The notes beneath the pieces were generated by a model. It saw nothing but the letters and a program-made list of their open reading frames with translations, was not told the DNA's origin and did not search any database. From Balanoglossus misakiensis (Eukaryota > Animalia > Hemichordata): a DNA stretch of 64,000 nt. The stretch spans positions 4,530,110 through 4,594,109 of the forward strand of contig CM082584.2 in the NCBI GenBank assembly GCA_040954595.2. The letters run 5' to 3'. Position 1 is the first letter of the stretch. The number at the start of each line of letters is the position of its first letter. The position numbers and the translations under genes were made by a program. Below, piece after piece: positions 46,778-60,147 of this stretch.

Positions 46778-46878
46778 TTAACCTTTTCACCACCATGGTT
46801 TGGTCCAAATCCATTGTTTTCTATGGTAAAGTTGGACCTCTCTACGTGGAAATGGGGGGTGGGGGTGAAAGGGCTAAA
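46778..46878. mobile_element. ~100 bp piggyBac-like mini-MITE; related copies at ~53265-53356 and ~60480-60567
   Basis: TTAACCTTTTCACC...GGTGAAAGGGCTAA; shared tttggtccaaat / ggtaaagttggacct core. Confidence 0.6.
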
Positions 46879-47001
46879 TAAAGAGGAATCTTTCTCTTTG
46901 ATAGGTGACTTTTTAAAATGCCCCAATCGGCACAATAAATTTTGGCAAAAAGTCACCAACTTTGAGATGTTAAGCTAAGCCCAGTTTTCTGTCATATTTC
47001 T

Positions 47002-50000
47002 TCAACACTTACTGTATGTAGCTTTCAACGCCTGGTCGATATCTCTGATTAGATCTTGTTCATCTTCAATGCCCACAGAAAATCTCAGCAGATTGTCTGT
47101 TATGCCAAATTTATCTTTATCATTCAACTGTGAATGAGACATGGAAGCTCTGAAATAAAAGGGAGGATAATATTGGTTTCTTTTTACAACTCATTGGCAA
47201 TTGCCAATTTAAAAATCGTTCAAAACTTTCTAATTTAGCTGGATTTTAGATCTGTTCTTGGGAGCCCAAATTTTTTTCCAGCGATACATCCGATAATTAA
47301 TTTAGCCCGATCAAAATATTGTTCTAAACTTTCTAAATTAGCTGGAGTTAAGACTGGCTCTGAGGGGCCAAATTTGTTTCCATCAATATATCTGATAATT
47401 ATGATATTTAACCTGATCTAAATATTTTAAATGCTTTAATTTAGGAGGAATTTAGAATGGGGAAAGTTTGCATTTGGATAAATTTTCTAAATGTATAGTT
47501 TAGATTGAGACAAATTTAGTTTTGCTGTCTGACATTCTGGCTTAGTTTTCTTAGTTTAGACCTAGACAATTTTAATTTAGCTTTCTAAACTTCTAGCTAA
47601 ACTTTCTAAAAACAACAAAACACAATGTCACACCTAAATGAAATCTATAAGGTAAATGATCGAATCTACTATAATGGCATTTGGCAACTCTTACTCATAA
47701 CAACATAATGATATGCTGAACATGGTAATATTTTTCATTGTCACATTTTACATTGACATATTCCTTTGAATTAATCAGATTAAGCTGTGAGCAGCTGGTC
47801 TTCACACAAAAGAAAATCCTATGTTTATGTACAACAGGGCAAGGTCACTATTTGTGACAGTTCTTTATTACACATTCTGTATGTCTTGACAGAAAGTGTA
47901 CTGAACAGTAATATCACACTTTGCTTATAGTTATATCCAGCTTTGTAGACATACCATTTCAATATCATGATATCATTTTCAATGTCATGGAATTTTAGGT
48001 GTAAACAGGTCAACTGTCAATGCCAGTCATGTTATTATGCCATACAAATTATCATAGTGACTGTCACAGATGTGTAATTTCCATTTTTATAAAGGTATAA
48101 GGTATAGAAATCTGGCAAGTGACAATTCGGCATATTTCGGTTCAGATTAGTATAATTCATGAAGAATGGTGAAAGTTGTTTATAGCAATCAGCATTTTGA
48201 AAATTCTTCTGTAGAACATTAACAAGCTAGCAGAACTTACGGATGTTCAATTAAGCTTTCTACAGAACCCAAACTGGTAGCAAACGAAATAAGTTTCAAA
48301 TTCTTCATGAAGGTCGCAGCTTCTTGTTTTCCTCCTCGAACCGCAAAGGACACCATGCCACCAAAACCTGTCATCTGCTTCTTGGCTAATTCATGCTGTG
48401 CATGTGATGGTAAACCTGCCCAAAGAAATAGAAGAAGTGTGCGCTTTAACTCTTTTCATATCAATCTGCTTTAAGAAAATAGCATTTTATGCAAAACAAT
48501 AAATGCTATTCTAGCTACTATTGACTGGTGTAGTGAAAGTTCATTCAATTCAATTCAATTCTATTTTAATATTATTATCACATAACCAATCAAATAGCAA
48601 TTAATAATTCAAAAAAAAAATGAATGTGAATATTCCCCTGTGCTTATAGTCTTGATTTTTTCTTTTAGAAATGAACCATTACAGGAACTGTACATTTGTT
48701 TGGTGCAGTAGGTATGGAAATATCAAAGTTCAAAGTTGAAGTCTTCTTGCAAATGTGCATTAAATATTCAAATTAGCATGTTTGGATAAGAAACTGTCAG
48801 GTATCTTCAAGTTCAAAGTTCAATTAAATATGAAACATGAAAGAATGACAGGTTAAGTTTAATATTCAGAAATTGTCGGAGAGTGTTATAAGAATGAATT
48901 GTCCAATCCTGACTTTGATTCAAGAGGGCAAATATTTGATAAAGTTGAAATAGAATTGAATTATCATAAAAGTTCCCCTTGAAAAAGACTTCACTTACCT
49001 GGGTACAGGACTTTCTCAATACATGAATGGGATTCTAAATGCTTTGCAATGGCCATAGCATTAAGTTGATGTTTCTGCATACGTAATGGTAAAGTCTTCA
49101 ATCCCCTATTTGCCATGTAGCAATCAAATGGAGATGGTGTTGCACCAATTGCTGTTCCAAAATTAAATGCATTGTGGTTAATATATGCATTCTATGCAAA
49201 CATTTTAATTTTTTTTAGTTGTAACAAAATGTCATTCTGACTAATTTAATACACAATTTTTGAATATCCACAGGACAGTAACTGATACATTAAAGGGACA
49301 AAGTCTCTCTCGCTGCCCGTTTCCATTATTTATGTTTGATACAAGACACCGTTTATGTTAATGTGCATGTGTATATGTAGTGAATGAACGTTCATCCACA
49401 CATAACTTCCATCCCGCTTGTATGATATGAGAGTAAAAACTCGCCCAAAATGAATAAATGGTAGAGACCTATTATTTATTTTGGCGAGATTTTGACTCTC
49501 CTGTTTACAAGTGGGATGGAAGGTGTGTGTGGTTGAATGTTGCTTTATTATAGCCACATGTAGAATAACATAAACAGTGTCTTGTATTAAACATAATTAA
49601 TGTTAAAAGGGCAGTGAGAGAGACTTTGTCCCTTTATCACTAATTTAACTGCTTCAGGGAAGGATATGCTCAATGACAAGATGTTTATTTGTTAATTCAT
49701 ATCCATGAAATGAACATACTTCTTTGAAGAAATCTCAGCCTTTCATAAATGTCTTCACTGTTTGTTGCCATGGCACCCATGATGACATCAGTATGGCCAC
49801 TGATATATTTTGACACTGAATGCATGACCACATCTGCTCCTAACAGCAAAGGACGCTGTAACAATAAACATATGAGTTCAAAATCGTCACTGAATAGTTA
49901 ATTTCAAATTCAAAACGAGTACTTCTCACTTTTCATTCTATCAAAATGAACATGCAGTGAGATGATCTGGGGGCATTGCGGGGTTGTTCTTCATTAAGTT

Positions 50001-52701
50001 TATTGGATTTTTTTTTCTTTGTGTCTCGTTTTATGGAGTTGTTTCTGTTTTTTGTATGTTTTTTACAGTATGGGCATACGGCCTGAAATAAAGAATAAAA
50101 GATTATGGCTATTATGACAGCTACCTAATTTTGATTCAATCTAGGATAGAATTAAACTGAACAGAAATCAGAAATTCTCAGCCACCATTTAAAAACTCTA
50201 ATGGGTAGTAGGATGATATTCTAGATATAGTAGTTAGAGTTCATGGTCATTTTTTTGCGTGAAAGACTTGACTAAAGAACTCACCTGAAACATTGGGGAG
50301 GCAAACGTACTGTCAACCACAAGAAACACACCACTGAACTGATGTACAACTTCAGCTATCAGTTTGATGTCAACTAGCTTCAAAGTTGGATTGCTTGGAC
50401 ATTCTATCCACACCATCTGTAGGAGAAGAAATTCCTTAATTGTTAATTATATCATACCAGTATATTGATGGTGTAAATCACTCTATTTTATTGGTCGAGA
50501 CACGACACATGACTGTGATATATTCGTCACATACCACAGTCATATATCACGCAAAACTCATAGTCAAAGAAAATGCCTTTTTAAAATGTTTTAGCAAAGT
50601 TTCAATATACTGGTATAATATAATAGCAATATTAAAAACACACTTGATTTTGACCAGTTCAACTCCATATACGCACGAGCAATAGCGAGTGCGTATATGG
50701 AGTTGAACTGGTCAAAATCGAGTGTTATACCATGGCTGGGGGTGTTTTATTGCTTAATTATGCAACCTTATTTGGTCTTTACATGTACCAGAGAGGAAAA
50801 AACTAAATATGTAATGAAAATTTTGGATAACCTCAAAGTCCACAAATCACCCATTGTCTATTAAAGCTCCATTAGCTGTAACTTTTCACTTCATGTTTTG
50901 TTTCTAACTTTATGTTTTGTGCATTTACTGCAGTTTCTTGTTCAAATTCTTGACACGTCTCAACTGATCAACACAACTTTATGTGTATAGTCAGCATTGT
51001 TGTCATGTAAAATTTGAATTTAAGTCCGGACTAGTTTGAGATGCATTTGTCAACAAAAACAACGGCCCTTACATACGTACAGGCTATGTTGACAAGTGGA
51101 GTACTTGGTATATTAGCATGCTACTTGGAGAAAAGCAAGAAATTGCGTTTGAAACAAAGAATGTAAAAACACTGGTAATAATAAAGCCAAAAGTTACAGC
51201 TAATGTCCCTTTAACAGATATTTGTACATTCAGAATTGCATAACACCAGGAAGAGCACACATTACCTTTGTATTGGGCTTGATAGATTTTTTAATGGCCG
51301 TTGGATCATCAGTGACGGGTATAAATGTCGTCTCAATCTTCATTTTTGATGCCACACTTTCCAGCTGAAGAACAGTTCCTCCATAGATGTCGTTAAAACA
51401 CAAGACATGGTCTCCAGTGTTGAGGAGATTGGTGATGGTGAAAATAGTAGCAACTCCAGAGGAAAAGGTTAGGCCTATAAGGAGAACAAAAGCATCTTCA
51501 AAAAAATTTACGCGGCTTTTTATTTTCACGCTATTTTGGCTCTCGCGTATTTCGCGAAAATTTATTGCTCGCGAAAATAAAGTGTTCTACAGTATTTTGC
51601 ACAAATTATCAGGTTTTTGAAAAAGTTTAAGTCTGGAAGTGGTAAAAAATTATATCAAAGTAGATTTTTAGGCAATTCCTGAGATTGTCATACTAAAAAA
51701 GAGAAAATCTCAAAATTGCTAAAAACGAAGTATAAATTCTGTAATGGGGTAAAAATATGGACTACCCTCCCAAAATATGTATTAACTGGCAAAAGCTTGG
51801 AGAGGTGGTCTATAGAGGGCGCTTTAGCCCAAAATCGAGCCTGTTGATTCCCCCCCCCCCCGACAATATTATTCCACCGTTTAAATAGTCAAAGTATCAG
51901 ATCAGAGGGCTTTTGATAAAGAGGTGCATTCTACCTTAACCTACCATATTTTCCACCTTCAACAGCTGCAATAGCATTCTCTAAACATTTTCTGGTAGGA
52001 TTACCATAACGAGTGTATATCCATGCCTGAAAGAAATACAGAGAGTCTGATTGACCAATCAATCAATCAATCAATCAATCAAAAGCTTATAAAGAGCCAA
52101 AATCAATAACAGTGTTAGTTTCAAAGGCACTGAAAGTTGGCAAAAACGTCCGGAGTTTTTCTTTATAGATGTCAGAATTGAGAGCCTACCAGCGTACTTG
52201 TACAACATGCCATTAACCGTTGGTTTATTCAGTGTCAAACCTTCACTGACTGTTATTTTTTTCACTGACATTTGCTGGGAATCTTTCTTTTCTTGAAAAT
52301 CTTCCAGACACTGCACCCCCCCTCCCCGCACATCAAACGGTCCGCCCCTTACACTTACTTTGGTTATCAACTGTATCGATCAAAATCGTAATAAATTTCC
52401 ACGCCATGGATAGATAACACTAAAAGCCTGGATGAATATGGTATTTTTTGGATCAATCGAGGGGGGGGGGGGTCTGTATCGATTCCACAATTGATATAAT
52501 TCCCTACTCAAGTCCATATTGTCGTCAATACTGCACCACTGTTTTTACCTCATTGCCGTCACTGTCACGACCACTAGGGTCATCCAATCTGTAAGTGGAC
52601 GCTAGTGAAATTGGCGGAACCAGAGCGCTGTCATCGTACACTCCTTGGCCAGCGTGCACTGCCATTGTTGAGAATTGTTGTCGAAACTCCGAGTCAGCCA
52701 T
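47002..52701 (-). CDS. CTH: Cystathionine gamma-lyase-like PLP enzyme (Cys/Met metabolism family), 8 exons
   Basis: Exons 52701-52549, 52026-51945, 51474-51266, 50416-50285, 49855-49720, 49151-48999, 48415-48241, 47149-47002 join in frame: TMAVHAGQ, VPPISLASTY, YTRYGNPT, FSSG, DIYGGT, WIECPSNP, VDSTF, HSVSKYISGHTD (PLP lysine), SPFDC, RGLKTL, YPGLPSH, SLGSVESL, LLRFSVGIED. The last exon either stops at 47002 or splices at 47013. It may be a paralog rather than the ortholog. Confidence 0.88.
49290..49637. mobile_element. MITE family A, copy 6
   Basis: Same termini; in an intron of the CTH-like gene. Confidence 0.85.
50450..50756. mobile_element. Asymmetric hairpin-ended repeat, second copy
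   Basis: High similarity to 30644-30952, with a deletion in the left hairpin arm. Confidence 0.75.
50861..51214. mobile_element. TTAA-flanked MITE (CATTAGCTGTAACTTTT inverted termini)
   Basis: TTAA|AGCTCCATTAGCTGTAACTTTT ... AAAAGTTACAGCTAATGTCCCT|TTAA. Confidence 0.7.
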
Positions 52702-55302
52702 GATTTAGTCCAACTGTACACTGGCTTTGAAAGTTGGAAAAGGCCCGAAAATGTGCTTAGAGAATTCTCGCCTAGGTCCAAAGTTGCACGGTATATTATA
52801 ACTACTAGGGTATAATAATACACAGCGTTTATCGCATTGGTCAAATCAAATTCAAGATAAGACTCCACTGACTTTGTTCAAATAATGGGCGGATCCGATC
52901 CAGATGTAGCTGTGGTACGCAGCTGTACTTATTTTAAATTCCTGGGAAACTTCAATGCCTGTACGCCGAGATGGAATGCGCTTAATCCGCTTTGTCAGAG
53001 AGCCTTTCACGTGAAACATTCAGCTTTTATACAGGTCTGTCAAAATTCACCCCCAACTAAGCAACCAAACTGGTTCTCCGGGCTATGTTCATGTACCTAT
53101 AATTACACGAATATAGCCCACCTGGGCTTCTGAAATTTTATTAGACCCACGATGTATTTCTACTTTCGAATGTATTATTATGTTGAGTGTATTCGCCATA
53201 AACCGAGTTAAACAGCTCAAGATAATACGTACGTAACACATATTCACTGTCTTGAACCCTAAAGTTGACCCTTTCACCACTATGATTTGGTCCAAATTGT
53301 TATTTTCGATAGCAGTTATGGATTTTTATTCAGAGAAATGGGGCGAAAAGGTTAAACATCTTCCCACACCGTCCCACAAACTACCTATCAGCCCATCATA
53401 GCAATCATTCTCCGATTGCATTCATACAAACTGTTCTCTGAGCTTGACTTCTAGTGATACACGGGTACTATAGAGTGAAATATCGATCTGAAAGGCAGAT
53501 GAGATGGCCAATAAAGTCATTATAATTATAAGTCATTATAATTATCTCTTCAAGGCCTGTGCGTAAGCTTAATCCTTGCAACCCACAACCAAGCAACACA
53601 TTGAGGTTGGCGATTTATTCGAATATATAGGCCTATAAAATGTATAGAAGGACGCCAGAGAACACCCAAAAATGTCTTTCCAGAATTAACTTCCTTTATA
53701 TTATTGAAGAAAAATACTGTCGAAATTAAAAATGAAATCTCGCGACTTCTGATCAGTGATGGTTGTGCATTCATTCAATGGCGAAATGGTCCTTTGCAAA
53801 ACGCACACACGATTACAATTATTATACATAAGTCTTGACAAAGACTTTAAATTTTAATTCATGGTTTGTGCAATTGTGAAAGTACAGGTCGTTAACTTCA
53901 CTACAGTCTCCCACTAACTAAATTTATATTTTCGTTGAGCATCGGGCTGCCCGGACAGCGATAAATATGAATATTGGCAAGCGAAACGAAGTTGTTTTGA
54001 CATTTTGAAATTGCAAAAACTTGTGCAGGGACAAGCCCCTCTCAGAACCCGTCAATGTGCAAGTCTTTCAAAAAATTATGTTTACGACTTTTCAAAACTC
54101 GTAATAACTAAATTCAATCCGTATCGATTTTTAAAATCTGGTCATTTAGTTTTTTTTTCTTTAATCTGGTCATTAGGTCTACTTGCTAATTTACGTTTAC
54201 ACCATACCATGATACACCATGCGATTAATTCCCACTCGTTTGTGGCCGAGGGACCCAATCTAATTAAAATCAGATGTAGGCCTAGAGTACGGTGACGTGG
54301 TACAGAACCAGAGAATACCGTGTAATATAATCACCTGATTTTAATCAGATTGTGGAGGGACCATGATTGGGATGACACTTACTGTTTTCCCGAAATTCAC
54401 CGAAATTAACGGCGTAATGGCCAAATTGTACAGCTCACGTATTATTTTTATTTTCCACTGACATTTTGATATTTTTAGATCCCTGAAGAAGATCCTCAGT
54501 GAAGGATCGAAACGTTGGCAAAGCAAGTTTTTAACAATAAATTTTTTAATGAAACCCAATCGGTAAAAACATTGTGACGTGAAACATTTCCAAACTTTGA
54601 AAAGAACCTGGACATCTGTGTTCTACAAGAAATTGTACTCTTATAACCGTGTACATCGGCCCGGCTTACACTCCAAAGAAATGTAATCATTAGGCCTATA
54701 ACCAGTTTTCAAAATCTGCTACATCGGAGGAGGTCACGGTGCACCCTGAACCTTCTTGTCTACATAAGCAATCTAATTAAAATCAGATATAGGGAAGGGC
54801 GACGTCTTTTACCTACGCGGTAGGGTTTTCTGGAGCATAAAAAACCGTACCGCGCATAAGTAAAAGACGTCGCCGTTCCCTACATCTGATTTTAATCAGA
54901 TTGCATTGTAAGCTACAAGTGGGCGGACATTCATCCCGAAGCCCCCCCCCCCCGTCCCAGCCATGCACTGTTAAATGAATAACATTTTTGACTTTATGCT
55001 GATGCCTGCCATGTTTATAATAAACATTAACATAATTAACATCAAATGCCGCCTCCTGATACCCATAAAAAAGTAATGCTCAAAGAATTATGCTGCATAA
55101 GCTTTTAATACGCCTTAATTTATAAAACTGAAAAATATTCAATAATAAAATACTTGTCCCACTTAATAGTATAATTTAATTTAATTTTATAGCAAAGTTA
55201 TTCAAAAGCTTCAGCATAAGGAGGGTATGCATATGACATCCATATCTGCTATCCCGGGCTTTTGCAACCCCCCCCCCCAAAAAAAAAGGGAGCAAAGAAA
55301 GA

Positions 55303-55513
55303 AAGAATGATTGAATGAATAATTGAATGAAAGATGAATGAATGAATGAATTAACGAACGAACGAACGAATAAATGAATGAACGAACGAACGAATGAACG
55401 AACGAATGAACGAACGAATGAATGAATGAATGAATGAATGAATGAATGAATGAATGAATGAATGAATGAATGAATGAATGAATGAATGAATGAATGAATG
55501 AATGAATGAATGA
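55303..55513. repeat. (GAAT)n/(GAAC)n compound microsatellite
   Basis: About 210 bp of tetranucleotide repeats. Confidence 0.95.
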
Positions 55514-57479
55514 AAAGAAAAACAAAGCATCATAATCGCAAAGTAATAAGTGTGCCTAAGTGATGATGACGATAAAGCTCTTAAATATTCATGTTTTGTG
55601 CCTTGCTTTGTGGTGGCGCCAGTGAGCGACGAAGGCTCAGTGCTCTCTTTCAGTGCTCTTGCTTGCCGAGTGTTATTCAAAGCTAGGGAGTTCGATTGTT
55701 GACCGTATCAAGCTAGGTAGGTCATGGTCGTTTTAATGATGCAGATTTCATTATCAGCCTCTCCATTTCCATTAATGGCATAACAATTGTGTTGTCAGCG
55801 TTTCTAGGAACATCTTTGACGCTGTCGAGGAATCACGCACGTTTCTTCAGGTGAGAAAACATAAGCCAGACGTCTTCTCGTATCGCTGATATTTTGAAAG
55901 TAAGTATTTCCATCAATATATACATCTCTTGTGTGCGTACGTGTTTGTCTGTAATCTTTTCACTTCCTTCACTGATTTGAGCCACAAATCTGGCTGTCTC
56001 ACTCTCAGACCTTGAGCAAACATGACGTTGCTTGTTGACGGACTTCGCATGACGTCCCCAAGATTTCCTCTTCATCACCATGGTAACCCGATATGACCGC
56101 CGCAGTATATCGTCATCAGTAAAGGGGCTTTCGGAAATAAAAACACAACAAGCGATGTATTTGCAACGGGAGGCTTGTCAAAGCACCCGTGTAGGTGTTT
56201 TGTGTATGTCCCCGCAAAACCTCAAGAGAGGTGGTCAGAATTCTATCAAATTGACGCTGATTGTTTCGGAATGCCAAGAACTGATTGGTTTTGGGTGTGG
56301 CTCAGGTAATAGTCAAAATCACCAGGGCTGAAAAATTGTGATAATGGCAGTCAATCTACATATAGACAGCTTTAGAAGAAACATGGCAATAATTTCTCTG
56401 TATTAACCATAATAACAGCGTTTGGTATTTTTGCTAGCACAAGATTCTCCTGTTTGTTGGATTCTAGAATTGACAAGCATAACACATCTATATTATAGCT
56501 ACATCCTGTAGCTAAATATTAGTCACGCTGTTAACAACAGTTATTTTATCAGTACTGTGACAACCAAATAGACTATGACAAGTCGAAGCTGAAATTATGC
56601 CTGAGTACAGTCAGCCTAAAGATAAACACAGAATATATTAAGCTGAATGACAAGAGAGAATTGGGAAGACTATTATTTTGAAATAAAAAAATTATCTTCA
56701 CTTGTCACATGATCAAACAGTTTGAGTTATACATGACATCTCATATCATATAAGGAGAACAAGACTTCACTGGGTTTCAGCTTGCCTGTGCAAGATAGAA
56801 TAGATTGGAGCAGTTTAATTCACTTTCCAGAGATTTGGTACTTCCACTTCGTACAGTAAGTGTTCAAAAAAATCCCTCTTTACTCTGTGAATGTTTTATA
56901 TGCTAACACACACATTTAATTAAACTTTTAATTAGCAATCGGGGATATATCCAGCCACAGTCCCTCTTTTATAATTGGGGGAAAGACTGTGATCCAGCCC
57001 TACTCCACTAAATTTGATGATACTTGGTTTAGATATTCATAAAGATATCAAATTGTAACAATACCATTGCATGAATGTTATTCACAATGTATCCAGCTTG
57101 TTTTAACCTTGAACCAAAGATGATCATGTGATGTGTTAATGTAATTTAATGGTTCAATATGAACCGAAATAGGCAAAAGTCAGATAATTATGGCTTTTAA
57201 TTCAGACAATTTGCATCCACTGATATAGGTTTTCGAGATATGCTTTTTTCAGATTTGGTCAAAATATGACAAAATTAGTAATATTGTGTTTTTTAGCGGG
57301 AGGGTTAACTGTTTGTCATTTTGGTCAAAAGATTGTTATTCTCAGAAACCATTAGTCTAATCGGTTTCTGGCTCCAAGGGGAATTCTCGTAATGATATTG
57401 AAAAATTAATGAGAAGATATCAGTGTTGTCTTTTGGGGCAGCTTTTATCATTTAATAATAACATATGATTCCAGATGGT

Positions 57480-57844
57480 TTAAAGGGACAAAGTCTCTCT
57501 CTCTCACTGCCCTTTTTTCATTAATTATGTTTGGTACAAGACACCATTTATGTTATTCTAAATGTGGATATATAGTGAACCAACGTTCGACCACAAACAA
57601 CTTCAATCCCATTTGCAGACACAAGAGTGAAAAAGTCGGCAAAATGAATAATCGGTGTTTACCATTTATTCATTTGGGTGAGATTTTTACTCTCATATCC
57701 TACAAACAGGATGGAAGTTGTGTATGGTCGAACGTTGATTCACTATATATCCACATTTAGAATAACATAAATGATACTATGGTGTCTTGTATAAAACATA
57801 ATTAATGGGAAAAGGGCAGGGAGAGAGAGACTTTGTCCCTTTAA
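57480..57844. mobile_element. MITE family A, copy 7
   Basis: TTAA|AGGGACAAAG...CTTTGTCCCT|TTAA. Confidence 0.85.
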
Positions 57845-59370
57845 AGTTTGTAGGACCTTAGTAGTGTACTTGCTTTGATATGTATAAAAACACCTATGGT
57901 GAAATTACCAAGATATTGTGTGTGTGTGTGTTGTTGTTGTTTTTTTTTGGGGGGGGGGGTATTTGTCCTTTTAGTCACAAAATTATTCTCAGAAACCATT
58001 CATCTGATTGTTTGTGCAGTGTCCTTGGACGTAACAACTCTTTAGTTATCAAAGTGTTTTGGTTAAAATATTTGTAATCTGGGGGGCGGGGGTTATTCAT
58101 TTATGGTTGACACTCTGTTTTCAGAAATTGTGTATGTTGAATTGCTTTTAAATTTGGTGAATGCACTCTGAGAATGTTCTCCATGAAATGTATTCACATT
58201 CAAATTTTGAACAGTGTGAAATCATATAAAATTTTGAAAGTAATTATCCCCCTCAAAAGTACCAATCCTGATGTTATTTTGAATACAGCCATCACTCAAA
58301 AAGATGTTTTGTATACTACGATCAGTGAAAGATGTTGATAGAATTCACCAATGGATTTAGAACACTTTTTGAGGTGAAATGTTGATTTCATTACCATTGC
58401 CAAATTTGACGTTTATAGCTGACAAAAATTTGCAGAACTTAGATTAGAGTGATGAAAAATCATATAAAATACTAGAGAAAAATTACAGCAGACTAATACA
58501 ATCATTTAAAAAAATTATATTCAACAGAAGGCAACGTTATGCAAGTATATAAATAACATGCGCTTCTTGTATGGCAAGGAATATAACACACACAAGTTTC
58601 ATTTGCACATTCTCTGAGGCAAAATGCAGTAATCCATCCGTCATGGACGTTCCATTATAATTTGTGTGTATAGTCCATCAATCTTTGCCCGCCAACATGC
58701 TGCACTGTAAGTCCCCGAGTCATGTTGACAAAAATCAACTTTACATAGCAGTGTGTAAATAATGAGGTTTTTTTGCTTCTAGTCTGGTCATACGAATGAA
58801 TATAAATTGCACATAACCAATGTCATACAATGAATTATCTTGAGTTCTGAGCTAATCTCGTTCATGCATGACCCTAACAAGCTTGATGAAGTAGTTCTTC
58901 CGGAGCGTGTAAACAAAGAACGGGCAATACAGAGCCTTATAAGCATTTAATTGACTTGTTTTTGCCCATTTCATGTTGAACTTAAATTTTTCAATTTAAT
59001 GAATCAGAATGCTATGTTAGAGTTGCATGATCCATGTCAATTAAACTTGGCTGGAATTTTTGATATTGCTGGAATGCCTGGTTTTATGCTTGATTGAACT
59101 TAGGGCTTTGATTTCTACAGTATAATCTTTAAAGAGTGGCTGGTTTGTGCCTGTGTGCCACTCAGCATGCCTTGCCGTATAACTTACTTAGGAATGCAGT
59201 GTTGATCATCAAGATGGCACTTCACTTCACAAAAATTTCAATTAGCAGTCTGGGACTTCATTCTTAAGACTTGAATTTCCGCACCATAACCTCTGGCTTC
59301 TTTTTGTAAAAATTTAAGCTTCATTTTTCTGTCAAGATATTTATTTGACGTTTACTTATTAAAGGTAGCT

Positions 59371-59616
59371 TAAAGGGACGGGGTCGTCAGGCCGCATGGG
59401 TGTCCCCCTTGATGAGAATATGCCCTCCCATACCAGCACAAATCCCATTGCAGTCACCACTACCTACTAGGATCTTCAGTTGCTGTCATGCCTAGTCTAC
59501 GCTACGGTTGGCTGCTTCGTTCATTCTAAGAATGGTCTAATTTCAGGGATTTGTTCATGAATTGTAATGTTTATAAACAAACAAACGCGGCACGATGATC
59601 GACCCCTTCACTTTAA
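59371..59616. mobile_element. MITE family B, second copy
   Basis: TTAA|AGGGACGGGGTCG...CGACCCCTTCACT|TTAA, reverse complement of 14125-14348. Confidence 0.75.
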
Positions 59617-59899
59617 TTATGAGGCTCGTGACAACAAATATTTCTTCACCAAAGACCTATACATGTATATATGAATGGAAAATTCTTTCAATGAATGAGT
59701 TTTGTTTCTGCGTCATCAAAATTTGTTCAGTAACAAAAGAGTGTTTTGTGTTTCATCTTAAAAGGACAGATTCATCTAAATCTTCTTGAAAAAGTGTCAG
59801 TCTTGCTCATGGTCATTTTATAAGTAAAACAATCTGGAATGTGGATAATTGTTGGCAAAATGATTGTGAGGTCATGGGTAGATTAGCTTTGAATATATT

Positions 59900-60072
59900 T
59901 ACAGTGAAACCTGTCTAAACCTGAATATTTTTTTCAGTTTGCAGAGGTGTTTGGTTTATAGAGGTTCTTTTAACATGTACATGTCCATCTGTGTCAAAGG
60001 GACTGAAAAAAGTGTTCGGTATAGACAGGTTTCCAGATTAGACTGGGTTCGGTCTTGACAGGTTTGACTGTA
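59900..60072. mobile_element. TA-flanked MITE related to 12997-13185
   Basis: TA|CAGTGAAACCTGTC...GACAGGTTTGACTG|TA. Confidence 0.7.
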
Positions 60073-60147
60073 ATATATAATTGTCACATGATTCTCTTCA
60101 GATGCTCCAGGCACATGGTTGAATAATTAGGACATCATAACTTGACC

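Noticed and set aside
47220-47420. Two ~100 bp imperfect direct repeats (ctttctaa.ttagctgga...) considered as a CRISPR-like or structured array
   Set aside because: Only two diverged units in a eukaryotic intron, with no spacer pattern and no cas genes; a simple local duplication.
55211-55680. HSFI-repeat ORFs, and the TH/CV-repeat ORFs at 33492-33766
   Set aside because: Translations of (GAAT)n and (GT)n microsatellites.
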